Assembly (NCBI GenBank): GCA_947168065.1
Contig: CAMVKH010000007.1
Coordinates: 5,202 to 69,201 of the forward strand
Origin: an uncultured Bacteroidales bacterium
GTDB lineage: Bacteria > Bacteroidota > Bacteroidia > Bacteroidales > UBA932
DNA: 64,000 nucleotides
Direction: 5' to 3'
Shown here piece by piece: positions 9,901-18,054 of this stretch. Made by a program: the position numbers and the translations under genes. The notes beneath the pieces were generated by a model. The model was not told where the DNA came from and made no database searches. It saw only the letters and a list, made by a program, of their open reading frames with translations. Every line of letters begins with the position of its first letter. The stretch's first letter is position 1.

Positions 9901-10166
9901 CCCTGCCCGTCCGTTTCCCGGACGAACATGGCGCTGAACCTTCCGCACTCGAACTGATCCGGGATCACCGCGTCGATCTGGTCATCAACATTCCGAAGAA
10001 TTTCACCCACGGTGAACTGACCAACGGCTATCGTATCCGCCGGGCCGCCATCGACTTCAACGTCCCGCTGATTACCAACAGCCGTCTGGCGACAGCCTAC
10101 ATCCGCGCCTTCTGCACCCTTGAGCCCGACGGACTTCCGGTGAAAGCGTGGGACGAATACCGCTGA
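6963..10166 (+). CDS. carB: Carbamoyl-phosphate synthase large subunit
   Basis: 1067 aa with two ATP-grasp halves (KVLLLGSGALKIGEAGEFDYSG and VIVLGSGAYRIGSSVEFDW) and an MGS-like C-terminus. Confidence 0.97.
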   Translation: MTDKTIRKVLLLGSGALKIGEAGEFDYSGSQALKALREEGIETVLINPNIATVQTSEGIADKIYFLPVTPAFVEKVIEKERPQGIFLSFGGQTALNCGVELYRSGFLERSGVRVLGTPVKSIIDTEDRDLFVRRLDEIGVKTIRSHAAASLEEALAAADQVGYPVILRAAYALGGLGSGFCDNRQELEAAAAKAFAFSPQVLVEKSLKGWKEIEYEVVRDCHNNCITVCNMENFDPLGIHTGESIVVAPSQTLTNDEFHFLRKKAIDIVRHLGIVGECNVQYAFSPDGEDYRVIEVNARLSRSSALASKATGYPLAFVAAKLGLGYGLHELKNSVTQTTPAFFEPALDYVVCKIPRWDLAKFKGVSREIGSSMKSVGEVMAIGRTFEEAIQKGLRMIGQGANGFVCNKPYKVEDLDWALRHPTDTRIFAIAAAFESGYDVERIHALTHIDRWFLDKLYNLETTYRELEACPSLAAVGRGLFLKAKRQGFSDIQIARVFHCPEAEARERRLRLGIRPCIKQIDTLAAEFPSATNYLYLTYNGTKNDIIPSYGSRTVIVLGSGAYRIGSSVEFDWCGVSAVNTFRRKGWQAVMINYNPETVSTDYDSCDRLYFDELSFETVLEVCAVERPFGVVVSVGGQIPNNLALPLQRSGINILGTSAEDIDRAEDRNKFSSIVDRLGIDQPRWQELTTMADIERFVEDVGFPVLVRPSYVLSGAAMNVCYSEADLHTFLEMAVEVSAEHPVVISSFIQRSKEFEFDAVADQGRIVAHAISEHIEYAGVHSGDATIQFPPQKLYCVTAARIRRVAAAIAAELHITGPFNIQFLAHQGQVKVIECNLRASRSFPFVSKILKLNFVDLAVRCMLGEHPEPSAIDAFELPYVGVKASQFSFSRLGHADPVLGVDMASTGEVGCIGDTFDEALLKAMLSVGHRIPGGAVLISSGNALQKADMLPACQLLHAKGFTLYASRGTCRYLNENGVSALPVRFPDEHGAEPSALELIRDHRVDLVINIPKNFTHGELTNGYRIRRAAIDFNVPLITNSRLATAYIRAFCTLEPDGLPVKAWDEYR

Positions 10167-10173
10167 TCCTGAA

Positions 10174-10614
10174 TCAGTGGCTTAGTTTTGCGATGATGTC
10201 GTCCAGCATCCGGAAGAGTTCCGGTGCCATTTCGGGGGTGAATCGATCGCAGATCACCGCATTGCCCACGGTGAGTGGAACTTCGGCCAGCTTGTTTTTC
10301 AGCTCCCTGCCTGCCGGAGTCAGGGAAACAATCATCTGCCGGGCATCCTGAGCCCCCCTTTCCCGCAACAGCACACCCTCCTTCTCCATCCGCTGGAGCA
10401 AGGGGGTCACTGTGTTCGTCTCGAGATGCAAGCGATTGGCGATGTCATTCACCGGCTGGGCGTCTTTCTCCCACAGGACCAGCAGCACCAGGTACTGCGG
10501 ATAGGTCAATCCGTGCTCTGAAAGCAGCGGGTGATAGGCCTGTGTGAGAAGACGCGAAGCGGTATAGAGGCGGAAACAGAGCTGGTTATCCAGTTTGAAC
10601 ACCTCTTCGATCAT
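10174..10614 (-). CDS. MarR family transcriptional regulator
   Basis: 146 aa winged-helix protein (LTYPQYLVLLVLWE...VNDIANRLHLETNTVTPLLQRMEKEGVLLRER). Last gene of the bfr-like/gpx/marR operon, with a 4-nt overlap. Confidence 0.85.
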   Translation of the reverse strand: MIEEVFKLDNQLCFRLYTASRLLTQAYHPLLSEHGLTYPQYLVLLVLWEKDAQPVNDIANRLHLETNTVTPLLQRMEKEGVLLRERGAQDARQMIVSLTPAGRELKNKLAEVPLTVGNAVICDRFTPEMAPELFRMLDDIIAKLSH

Positions 10615-11162
10615 AACATTCCCTGGATATCCTTTTCGATATCTTCCGGTTTGACCACGGGCGCATAGCGCTTGACAACGGAACCGTCGCGGTTGACAAG
10701 GAACTTGGTGAAGTTCCAGAGGATGTCGCTGTCTTTCTTCGCGCTCTTGCTGAGGCCCTTGAGCATGGTCCGGGTGGCTTTGGCCTTCAGACCGCTGTAC
10801 TCCTCGGTAGGAGCCTGCTCTTTCAGATACTCGAAAACCGGTTCAGCATTGGGGCCGTTGACATCGGTCTTGGCCATCAGCGGGAAGGTCACGCCGTGGT
10901 TGATGCGGCAGAATTCCGCAATCTCGTCGTTGGAACCGGGTTCCTGGCCGGCAAACTGGTCGCAAGGGAAGCCGACAATCACCAGACCCTGGTCCTTATA
11001 CTTCTGGTAGAGCGCCTCCAGGCCGTCGTACTGCGGGGTGAAGCCACATTTGGAAGCGGTATTGACAACCATCAGGACTTTGCCTTCGAACTGGGCGAAA
11101 TCCACTTCGGCGCCCCGGTTGCTCTTGGTCTTGAAATCGTAAATCTTTGCCATGACTTTCAC
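10611..11162 (-). CDS. Glutathione peroxidase family protein
   Basis: GKVLMVVNTASKCGFTPQY and WNFTKFLV are GPx signature motifs. Confidence 0.9.
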   Translation of the reverse strand: MKVMAKIYDFKTKSNRGAEVDFAQFEGKVLMVVNTASKCGFTPQYDGLEALYQKYKDQGLVIVGFPCDQFAGQEPGSNDEIAEFCRINHGVTFPLMAKTDVNGPNAEPVFEYLKEQAPTEEYSGLKAKATRTMLKGLSKSAKKDSDILWNFTKFLVNRDGSVVKRYAPVVKPEDIEKDIQGML

Positions 11163-11165
11163 GAA

Positions 11166-11621
11166 TTAAAGCTGTTTGACAAGCCAGTTCTGCAGACCGA
11201 TCTTCTCGATCAGGTCGAGCTGGGTTTCGCTCCAGAGCATATCTTCTTCTTCGTCAAGGGCGTAAGCCTTGAGAATGTCGTAGGTCTTGAGGTCGTCGGC
11301 GAGAGAGAGCACCAGCTGCTGCAGGATGGGAACCTGCTCGTGGGAGACGGCCAGGTCGGCCTTGATGTATTCGACAGGGTCGGTGGTAACGGGCATAGCC
11401 GGAGCGGCTTCCACCAGCGGCGTACCGCCGAGGTCGAGGATGCGCTCGATGAACTGATCCACCCAAGCCATTTCCTCGGCTGCGTGTTCTGCGTACTTCT
11501 CACCCAGTTTGGAGAAGCCCTGGTCGGCGAAGATCTTACCTTCTACTTTGTGCTGGAGAGACTGGGCGGCGAGGCCGGTTGCATAGGCCTGAAGGGCCGC
11601 GATAGATTTCTGTTTGTCCAT
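11166..11621 (-). CDS. bfr: Bacterioferritin-like protein
   Basis: The C-terminus WSETQLDLIEKIGLQNWL aligns with E. coli Bfr WLETELDLIQKMGLQNYL, and AEEMAWVDQFIERIL aligns with DEMKHADRYIERIL. Several di-iron ligands appear substituted (see findings). Confidence 0.7.
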   Translation of the reverse strand: MDKQKSIAALQAYATGLAAQSLQHKVEGKIFADQGFSKLGEKYAEHAAEEMAWVDQFIERILDLGGTPLVEAAPAMPVTTDPVEYIKADLAVSHEQVPILQQLVLSLADDLKTYDILKAYALDEEEDMLWSETQLDLIEKIGLQNWLVKQL

Positions 11622-11676
11622 GATGTTTACTGTTTATTGTTTGTTATTGCTTTTTCTATTTATATCGTTCACGACA

Positions 11677-11684
11677 CAAATGTA
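11677..11684 (-). promoter_or_regulatory. -7 box (TACATTTG on the reverse strand) of the bfr-like/gpx/marR operon
   Basis: Plus strand reads CAAATGTA. About 56 nt upstream of ATG 11621. Confidence 0.45.
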
Positions 11685-11697
11685 CAACTTTATTTTT

Positions 11698-11713
11698 ATA
11701 TCGCAAGCGATAT
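11698..11713. promoter_or_regulatory. Palindromic candidate operator ATATCGC-AA-GCGATAT
   Basis: 7-bp perfect inverted arms, 14-29 bp upstream of the -7 box, so over the -33 region of the operon that encodes a MarR regulator. Confidence 0.35.
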
Positions 11714-11742
11714 TTCAAAAATTTTTCACTTTTTTTGAAAAA

Positions 11743-13923
11743 TCAGCTGATGAACAACAGTTCGCGGTACTTGGGCAGAGGCCAGAGCTGGTTGTCGACA
11801 AGTTCCTCGAGCTTGTCGACGGGCCGGCGCAACTCTTCGATCTGCGCTGCGATAGCGTGGTAGGCCACGGCGCGGGCGTACTCATCCTCTATCGTATTGG
11901 CCCGCTTACGCGCCAGGCGCATGGCTTCGGCGCGGTCGCTTACCTCTTCTATATAAGCGCCGATGCGGCGAATCAGGTCAAGTTCGGTGCCGCATCCGTC
12001 GAAACTGCCCATTACCTGCTGGTGCAGCGATACCTCCTTGAGCAGCCGCGTCTTGTACTCCAGTGCGGCAGGGATGATATGATTGACGGCCATACGGACC
12101 ATCACCCGGCTCTCGATCTGGACTTTCTTCGTATAGATATCCCACTTGACCTCGTTGCGGGCGCCCAGTTCCTTTTCGGTATAGACGCCGGTCCGGGTGA
12201 ACATGGCCACGGATTCGGGCGTGGTGAAGGCCTTGAACATTTCCGGTACGCTGGTCTCCACGTCAAGGCCACGGCGCTGCGCTTCCAGCAGCCATTCCTC
12301 AGAATAACCGTTGCCGTCGAAACAGACTACATCGATAATCTTGGCAATGACGGGCTTGAGCGTGTCCATCACGGCTACTTGCAGGGTCTTGCCTGCTGCC
12401 AGTTCCTTATCGAGCGCCTGCTTGAAGTCGAGCAGCTGCTCTGCCACGGCCGCATTGAGCGTAGTTACGGCGCCGGCGCAGTTGGCGCTGGAGCCCACGG
12501 CGCGGAACTCGAAACGATTGCCGGTAAAGGCAAAGGGAGATGTGCGGTTGCGGTCCGTATTGTCGACAAAGATTTCCGGAATCTCGATCAAACCGACACT
12601 GCGTCCCTTGCGCCCGGCGATCTCGATGGGCGTATCGGAAGGAACGGTCAGGATCTTGCGCAGGACCGACGTCATGGTACGGCCCAGGAAAGCGGAGATA
12701 ATGGCGGGAGGGGCCTCGTTACCTCCCAGGCGATGTGCGTTGGTGGCGCTGGCGATGCTGGCCTTGAGCACATCGTTGTGCCGCTGGACAGCCATCAGCA
12801 CGTTGACGAAGAAGGTCAGGAACAGCAGGTTGCCCATAGCGTCCCGGCCTGGGGCCATCAACGGCCGGCCCGTGTCGGTACCCAGCGACCAGTTGCAGTG
12901 CTTGCCCGAGCCGTTGATGCCATGGAAGGGTTTCTCATGCAGCAGCACCACAAAACCGTGCTTGCGGGCAATGGAATTCATCAGGTTCATCACCAGCTGG
13001 TTCTGGTCGTTCGAAAGATTCGCTTCCCCGTAGATGGGAGCCAGCTCGAACTGGTTGGGTGCCACCTCGTTATGCCGGGTCTTGAGCGGAATGCCGAGCC
13101 GGAGCCCTTCCACTTCCAGCTCGCGCATGAAAGCTGCGACACGGGCCGGAATGGCGCCGAAATAGTGGTCGGCGAGCTGCTGGCTCTTGGAGGACATATG
13201 GCCCATCAGCGTCCGGCCGGTAATCATCAGGTCGGTCCGCGCGGCATAAAGGTCTTCGTCCACCAGGAAGTACTCCTGCTCCCAGCCCAGGAAGCACTTC
13301 ACATTGTTCACGGCGGGATCGAAAAGGCGGCAGATGGGCACGGCGGCATCGCTGACCGCCTTGATGGAACGCTTGAGCGGGGTCTTGTAATCGAGCGCTT
13401 CGCCGGTATATGCGACAAAAACCGTGGGGATGCAGAGCGTATCTTCCTGGATGAAGACAGGAGAAGTGGGATCCCAGGCCGTATAGCCGCGGGCCTCGAA
13501 GGTGGCCCGGATGCCACCGTTTGGGAAAGAAGATCCGTCAGACTCCTGCTGGGCGAGCGAACTGCCGTCGAAAGTCTCGATGACGCCGCCGCGGCCATCC
13601 AGGGCGATGAGCGAATCGTGCTTTTCGGCCGTGCCCTCCGTCAGCGGCTGGAACCAGTGCGTTACGTGGGTCACGTGGTTTTCCAACGCCCACTCCTTCA
13701 TACCGCCGGCCACGCGGTCAGCCGTCGCACGGTCGAGCGGATGACCCTTGTCGATGCATTCCATCAACGCCGAAAAAGTTTGCGGATCAAGATACTTCCG
13801 CATCGCAGCGCGATTGAACAGGCGTTCGCCGAAATACTCAGATGCTTTCTTGTCGGGAAGATCCACGGCCGGCGCCTTCTTGCCGAACGACGTCCTGACC
13901 AGCTCGAAACGATCGATACTCAT
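11743..13923 (-). CDS. glnA: Glutamine synthetase, type III
   Basis: 726 aa. The N-terminus SEYFGERLFNRAAMRKYL and the overall length are typical of Bacteroides GSIII. Catalytic-domain motif NGSGKHCNWS. Confidence 0.95.
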   Translation of the reverse strand: MSIDRFELVRTSFGKKAPAVDLPDKKASEYFGERLFNRAAMRKYLDPQTFSALMECIDKGHPLDRATADRVAGGMKEWALENHVTHVTHWFQPLTEGTAEKHDSLIALDGRGGVIETFDGSSLAQQESDGSSFPNGGIRATFEARGYTAWDPTSPVFIQEDTLCIPTVFVAYTGEALDYKTPLKRSIKAVSDAAVPICRLFDPAVNNVKCFLGWEQEYFLVDEDLYAARTDLMITGRTLMGHMSSKSQQLADHYFGAIPARVAAFMRELEVEGLRLGIPLKTRHNEVAPNQFELAPIYGEANLSNDQNQLVMNLMNSIARKHGFVVLLHEKPFHGINGSGKHCNWSLGTDTGRPLMAPGRDAMGNLLFLTFFVNVLMAVQRHNDVLKASIASATNAHRLGGNEAPPAIISAFLGRTMTSVLRKILTVPSDTPIEIAGRKGRSVGLIEIPEIFVDNTDRNRTSPFAFTGNRFEFRAVGSSANCAGAVTTLNAAVAEQLLDFKQALDKELAAGKTLQVAVMDTLKPVIAKIIDVVCFDGNGYSEEWLLEAQRRGLDVETSVPEMFKAFTTPESVAMFTRTGVYTEKELGARNEVKWDIYTKKVQIESRVMVRMAVNHIIPAALEYKTRLLKEVSLHQQVMGSFDGCGTELDLIRRIGAYIEEVSDRAEAMRLARKRANTIEDEYARAVAYHAIAAQIEELRRPVDKLEELVDNQLWPLPKYRELLFIS

Positions 13924-13981
13924 ACGGCTCCAAATTGAAGTCGTAAATATAATGATAATTTTTTAGCGTTGACGTTGTTTT

Positions 13982-14881
13982 TCAGCGAGCTGCCGCACGG
14001 CTCTTGCTCACCAGGACCACGCCGCCGACTACCAGTGCCGTAGCCAGGATTTTCTGCCAGGTGAGGGCATCTACGCCCAGGATGATGCTAAGGACGGTAG
14101 CCAGGATCGGCTGCATATACGAATACATGCTCACCAGCGTGGGACGGATACGCTTCTGGCCGAACGGAATGAGGAAATACGCCACGAACGTGGCGAAGAA
14201 CACGAGATACCCGATCTCCAGCCCCACCTTCATCGGGATGACCGAATAATCCGTGGTCACCAGCCCCTTGGCCGAGAACGGCAGCGACATCAGCAGCGAG
14301 AAGAGGAACATCCACTTCATGAACGTGACCACATTGTATTTGGCGATAACCGGCCGGAAAAGCGCCAGATACAAAGCGAAACAAAGGCTGTTCAGCAGCA
14401 GCAGCACGATGCCCGCCGGCGTAGAAGCATTCGCCCCGCCCGAATGGACCGAATTGAAAATCAGGAACAGGATTCCCGCGAAACTGATGGCCACACCCCC
14501 CGCCTTCATCCACGTGATCGGCTCCTTCAGGAACAGGAAGGCGAAAATCATGGTAAAGATCGGACCCAGCGTACCCATAATGGCCGCATCGATGGCACTG
14601 GCCATCGTAATGCCCTGCAGGAACGTGAACTGCGTCAGGAACAACCCCAGCAGCGAAGCCAGCGCAATCTTCCAGAAATCCCCCCGGTCCACCTTCTCCC
14701 GCGGCATGAACAGCGACAACCCCCAGAAAAGCACCGCAGCCCCCAGCGCCCGGAAAGTAAACAACACGATCGGAGACACAAGCGCACTGTTGGCGATGTC
14801 CTTGCAGCACACCACATTCAAGCCGAAAATAATATACGCCCCGGCAACCGCCAGATGCCCCGATAACTTCTCGTTCGCCAT
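13982..14881 (-). CDS. EamA/DMT family transporter
   Basis: Ten predicted hydrophobic helices in two EamA halves. The ATG at 14879-14881 (MANEKLSGHLAVAGAYIIFGLN) is preferred. The longest ORF extends to 14947. Confidence 0.8.
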   Translation of the reverse strand: MANEKLSGHLAVAGAYIIFGLNVVCCKDIANSALVSPIVLFTFRALGAAVLFWGLSLFMPREKVDRGDFWKIALASLLGLFLTQFTFLQGITMASAIDAAIMGTLGPIFTMIFAFLFLKEPITWMKAGGVAISFAGILFLIFNSVHSGGANASTPAGIVLLLLNSLCFALYLALFRPVIAKYNVVTFMKWMFLFSLLMSLPFSAKGLVTTDYSVIPMKVGLEIGYLVFFATFVAYFLIPFGQKRIRPTLVSMYSYMQPILATVLSIILGVDALTWQKILATALVVGGVVLVSKSRAAAR

Positions 14882-14974
14882 AACGGCCGCAAAGATAATG
14901 AAAAAGATGTGAATACACAGGGCCGTCAGCAAGTGTTCCCAGATCATGTTCAGTCCCTGTCACATATTGGGGAT

Positions 14975-15028
14975 GCAAGCGATGCAGGCGGTGCAAGCGA
15001 TGCAGGCGGTGCAAGCGATGCAGGCGGT
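14975..15028. repeat. Perfect 18-bp tandem repeat x3 (GCAAGCGATGCAGGCGGT)
   Basis: Read directly from the sequence. Intergenic, upstream of the EamA gene. Confidence 0.9.
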
Positions 15029-15088
15029 GCGGCCGTCCCGCCCCGGTTCTGCAATGTACACAGTTGACCTTCAACTGTTTATAAAAGT

Positions 15089-15115
15089 TGATCCCCCTCG
15101 TTTTGAGGGGGATCA
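15089..15115 (-). terminator. Hairpin (11-bp stem TGATCCCCCTC/GAGGGGGATCA), likely terminator of the fab-etf-acd operon
   Basis: On the reverse strand the hairpin is followed by ACTTTTAT. A second 7-bp hairpin (CAGTTGA-CCT-TCAACTG) lies at 15061-15077. Confidence 0.5.
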
Positions 15116-15137
15116 CTTTGCGTAATCGACTGACAGT

Positions 15138-15272
15138 CAGATGCGTCCGTTGCAGCGGTGAGTCGGGCCGAGGCGGAAGCGCCGTCCGTAGCAGCGCCGA
15201 GCGGGCCAGGCCAAAGGACGGGAGATGCGTCCGTTGCAGCGGTGAGTCGGGCCGAGGCGGAAGCGCCGTCCG
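15138..15272. repeat. Direct repeat: two identical 51-nt copies (15138-15188 and 15222-15272), 84-bp period
   Basis: AGATGCGTCCGTTGCAGCGGTGAGTCGGGCCGAGGCGGAAGCGCCGTCCGT occurs twice. A third partial copy, GCGCCGTCCGTTGCAG, lies at about 15312-15327. Confidence 0.9.
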
Positions 15273-15339
15273 TTGCAGCGGCAGGACGGGCCGGGGCGGG
15301 CCGGATGGCGGGAGCGCCGTCCGTTGCAGTGGCCGCTGG

Positions 15340-17007
15340 CTAGCAGTTCTCCAGTGCGGCGATGTGGCGGGTGACCTGGCCGATGCTTTCGCGGACGAAG
15401 TACTGGCTGGATTTCAGGTAGCGGGCGTCGCGGAAGCTGTCGAGCAGCAGGAGGTAGCCCATCACGATGCTGGCAAGGACCTCGGTCAGGGCGCGGGTCG
15501 CGTGCTCGAAGCGTTTGCTGGTGCTGCCTTCGACGGTAGCCATCTCGTAGAAACGCTTGTAGCCTTCGGTGGCCTTGCGCAGGACATCGAGGCAGTGCTG
15601 CCGGGCGGCGAGATCCGCGTCAGCGGATTCGCCGGCGGGAGCCGCAGCCAGCATCTCGGCGACGCGGGCCTCGTAGCTTTCAATCTGCTTGAGATAGGCG
15701 CCATTGGCGATGCCTTTCACGGCAGCCACGACCTGTAGCTGGCTCGTTCCTTCGTAGATCGAGAGGATGCGGGCGTCGCGATACAGGCGTTCGCAGGCGT
15801 ATTCCTTCATAAAGCCGCTTCCGCCGTGGACCTGGATGCAGTCGTAGGCGCAACGGTTGGCGAACTCGCTGGCGCTGAGTTTCACCAGCGGGGTGAGGAT
15901 GTCGGCGACGCGGGATGCGGCGCGCGAAGAGGCCGAAAGGTCAACGTAACGGGCGGTCTCATACAGCAGGCTCCGGGCACCGTCGGTACGGGCACGCATC
16001 CGGGCCAGAATGTCCTGGACAGCCACGAACTGGTTGATGGGATGACCGAACTGTTCGCGCGAAGCGGCGTATGCCTCGGCTTCGCGGCAGGCGGCTTCGC
16101 ACAGACCGATCGACTGGGCACCTACGCCCAGACGGGCGCCGTTCATCAGCGACATCACGTATTTGATCAGACCCAGGCGGCGTTCGCCCACGATCTGGGC
16201 CGGGGCGTTGGTGAACTGCAGTTCGCAGGTCGGCGAGCCCTTGATGCCCATCTTGTTCTCGATGCGGCGCACCACCATACCGCCGTCGGCACGGTCAAAC
16301 ACAAAGTACGACAGGCCGCGGCCGTCGGTCGAACCTTCCTCGCTGCGGGCCAGCACCAGGTGCAGGTCGGCGTCACCGTTGGTGATGAAGCGCTTCACAC
16401 CGTTCAGGCGCCAGCAGCCGGCAGCCTCGTCGTAGGTAGCCTTCAGGCGCACCGACTGCAGGTCACTGCCGGCATCGGGCTCCGTGAGGTCCATCGAACA
16501 GGTGGCACCCTGGCAGATACGGGGCAGATACTTGTCTTTCAGTGCGTCGGAGCCGAATTCCTGGATGGTGTCGGCGCAGTCGGTCAGGCCCCAGATCGTG
16601 GCGAAGCCCACATCGGCGCGGGCGATGATCTCGGCGGCCATCACCACGGCCGCACGCGGCCAGTTGAGACCGTTGTATTTGCGGTCGAGCGAAATGCCGT
16701 AGAGGCCCGCCTGGATCAGGGCGTCGAGGTTCCGACGGGTGCCGGGCGCATAAGAGACGCGGCCGTTCTCGAGCTTCGGGCCCTCGTGGTCCACCTGCTC
16801 GGCGTTGGGCGCAATCACCTCTCCGGCGATCTCACCCACCAGGTTCATCACCATATCATACTGCGAAACAGCCTCTTCAGCGGAAGCGGGGGCTTCCGGG
16901 TGCTGTCCAGCCTCGGCATAATCCTTTTCCTTGACGGCGACCACGCGCTCCATTTCCGGATGGTGGAGGTAGAAGGAAAGGCTCTCGTTATCGGTATAGA
17001 AATTCAT
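15340..17007 (-). CDS. Acyl-CoA dehydrogenase family protein (long, 555-aa form)
   Basis: ACAD middle and C-terminal domains (CSMDLTEPDAGSD, RFITNGD, YEGTSQLQ) plus an extra C-terminal helical extension. Starts 2 nt after the etfA stop. Confidence 0.9.
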   Translation of the reverse strand: MNFYTDNESLSFYLHHPEMERVVAVKEKDYAEAGQHPEAPASAEEAVSQYDMVMNLVGEIAGEVIAPNAEQVDHEGPKLENGRVSYAPGTRRNLDALIQAGLYGISLDRKYNGLNWPRAAVVMAAEIIARADVGFATIWGLTDCADTIQEFGSDALKDKYLPRICQGATCSMDLTEPDAGSDLQSVRLKATYDEAAGCWRLNGVKRFITNGDADLHLVLARSEEGSTDGRGLSYFVFDRADGGMVVRRIENKMGIKGSPTCELQFTNAPAQIVGERRLGLIKYVMSLMNGARLGVGAQSIGLCEAACREAEAYAASREQFGHPINQFVAVQDILARMRARTDGARSLLYETARYVDLSASSRAASRVADILTPLVKLSASEFANRCAYDCIQVHGGSGFMKEYACERLYRDARILSIYEGTSQLQVVAAVKGIANGAYLKQIESYEARVAEMLAAAPAGESADADLAARQHCLDVLRKATEGYKRFYEMATVEGSTSKRFEHATRALTEVLASIVMGYLLLLDSFRDARYLKSSQYFVRESIGQVTRHIAALENC

Positions 17008-17009
17008 AA

Positions 17010-18032
17010 CTACTTCAGATTATTTTTATAACAAGCCATAAACTGGGGGATGACGGTCATCACGTCGCCGATGATCGTGTAGTCGGCGATGGCGTTGATG
17101 GGCGCATCCGGATCGGTATTGATGCTGATGATCTTGGCACTCTGCTCCATGCCGGCGCGGTGCTGGACGGCGCCGCTGATGCCGCAGGCGATGTAGAGTT
17201 TGGGGCGGACCGTCACGCCGGTCTGGCCGATCTGGCGCTCGCCTTCGCAGAAGCCGGCGTCCACGGCAGCGCGGGTAGCGCCGACGCTGGCACCGATCAG
17301 GCGGGCGAACTGGTGGAGGAGCTGGAAGTTCTCACGGCTGCCCATGCCGTAGCCGCCGGCCACGATGATCTGGGCACCCTTGATGTCGATCTTCTGCTCT
17401 TCGATCTCCCGGCTGAGAATCTCGACGGCCTTGTCGGCCTTGTCGAGCGAAGCCTCGACGGCCACGGGAACGATCACACCCTTATAGGCAGGATCGAACA
17501 CCTCTTTCTTCATCACACCCTCGCGGACGGTTGCCATCTGCGGACGGGTCTCCGGGCAGACGATGGTGGCAATGATGTTGCCGCCGAAGGCAGGACGGAT
17601 CTGATAGAGGATATTCTCGTACGTCTTCTTGGTCTTGGGATCTTCGTGCGAACCGATCTCGAGCTGCGTACAGTCGGCCGTAAGGCCGCAGCGCAGGAAC
17701 GAAGCGATGCGCGGGGCGAGGTCGCGGCCGACGCTGGAGGCGCCGAAGAGCACGATCTGCGGCTGCTCCTTCTGGATCAGCTTGGAAAGCACGTCGAAAT
17801 GCGGCAGGGTACGATAGGGTGAAAGCCGCGGGTCATCGGCCAGGAACACCTCGTCCACGCCATAGGGATAGAGCGACTCGGCCGCGGCTTTCACGCCGCT
17901 GCCCAGCACGGCGGCCTGCAGGCGGCAGCCCAGACGGCTGGCCAACTGACGGCCTTTGGTGCAAAGCTCCAGTGCGATGTCGGCAATCTGGTTCTTCTCC
18001 GACAGCTCGCAATATACTAATACGTTATTCAT
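17010..18032 (-). CDS. etfA: Electron transfer flavoprotein alpha subunit
   Basis: FAD-binding C-domain (PKLYIACGISGAVQHRAGM). The ATG at 18030-18032 (MNNVLVYCE) is preferred over the track start at 18095. Confidence 0.9.
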   Translation of the reverse strand: MNNVLVYCELSEKNQIADIALELCTKGRQLASRLGCRLQAAVLGSGVKAAAESLYPYGVDEVFLADDPRLSPYRTLPHFDVLSKLIQKEQPQIVLFGASSVGRDLAPRIASFLRCGLTADCTQLEIGSHEDPKTKKTYENILYQIRPAFGGNIIATIVCPETRPQMATVREGVMKKEVFDPAYKGVIVPVAVEASLDKADKAVEILSREIEEQKIDIKGAQIIVAGGYGMGSRENFQLLHQFARLIGASVGATRAAVDAGFCEGERQIGQTGVTVRPKLYIACGISGAVQHRAGMEQSAKIISINTDPDAPINAIADYTIIGDVMTVIPQFMACYKNNLK

Positions 18033-18054
18033 CGATTCCTTGGTTTTTCGGATC

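Noticed and set aside
11614-13938. A 774-aa forward ORF covering the whole glnA (GSIII) gene.
   Set aside because: It is codon-aligned antisense to glnA (both are phase 1 mod 3). The reasoning is the same as above, and it has no motifs.
14088-15116. A 342-aa reverse ORF containing HRLHRLHRLHRLHRLHRL, and forward ORFs 15088..15738 and 15158..15343 with repetitive Arg/Gly/Ser peptides.
   Set aside because: The repetitive peptides are simply translations of the 18-bp and 84-bp DNA repeats. The first ORF overlaps the real EamA gene out of frame. None has a start context or a domain.
14975-15330. Possible CRISPR array, given the regularly spaced GC-rich repeats.
   Set aside because: The 18-bp units are contiguous with no spacers. 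The 84-bp-period copies are only 2-3 in number and their inter-repeat segments are related to each other. There are no cas genes in the window.
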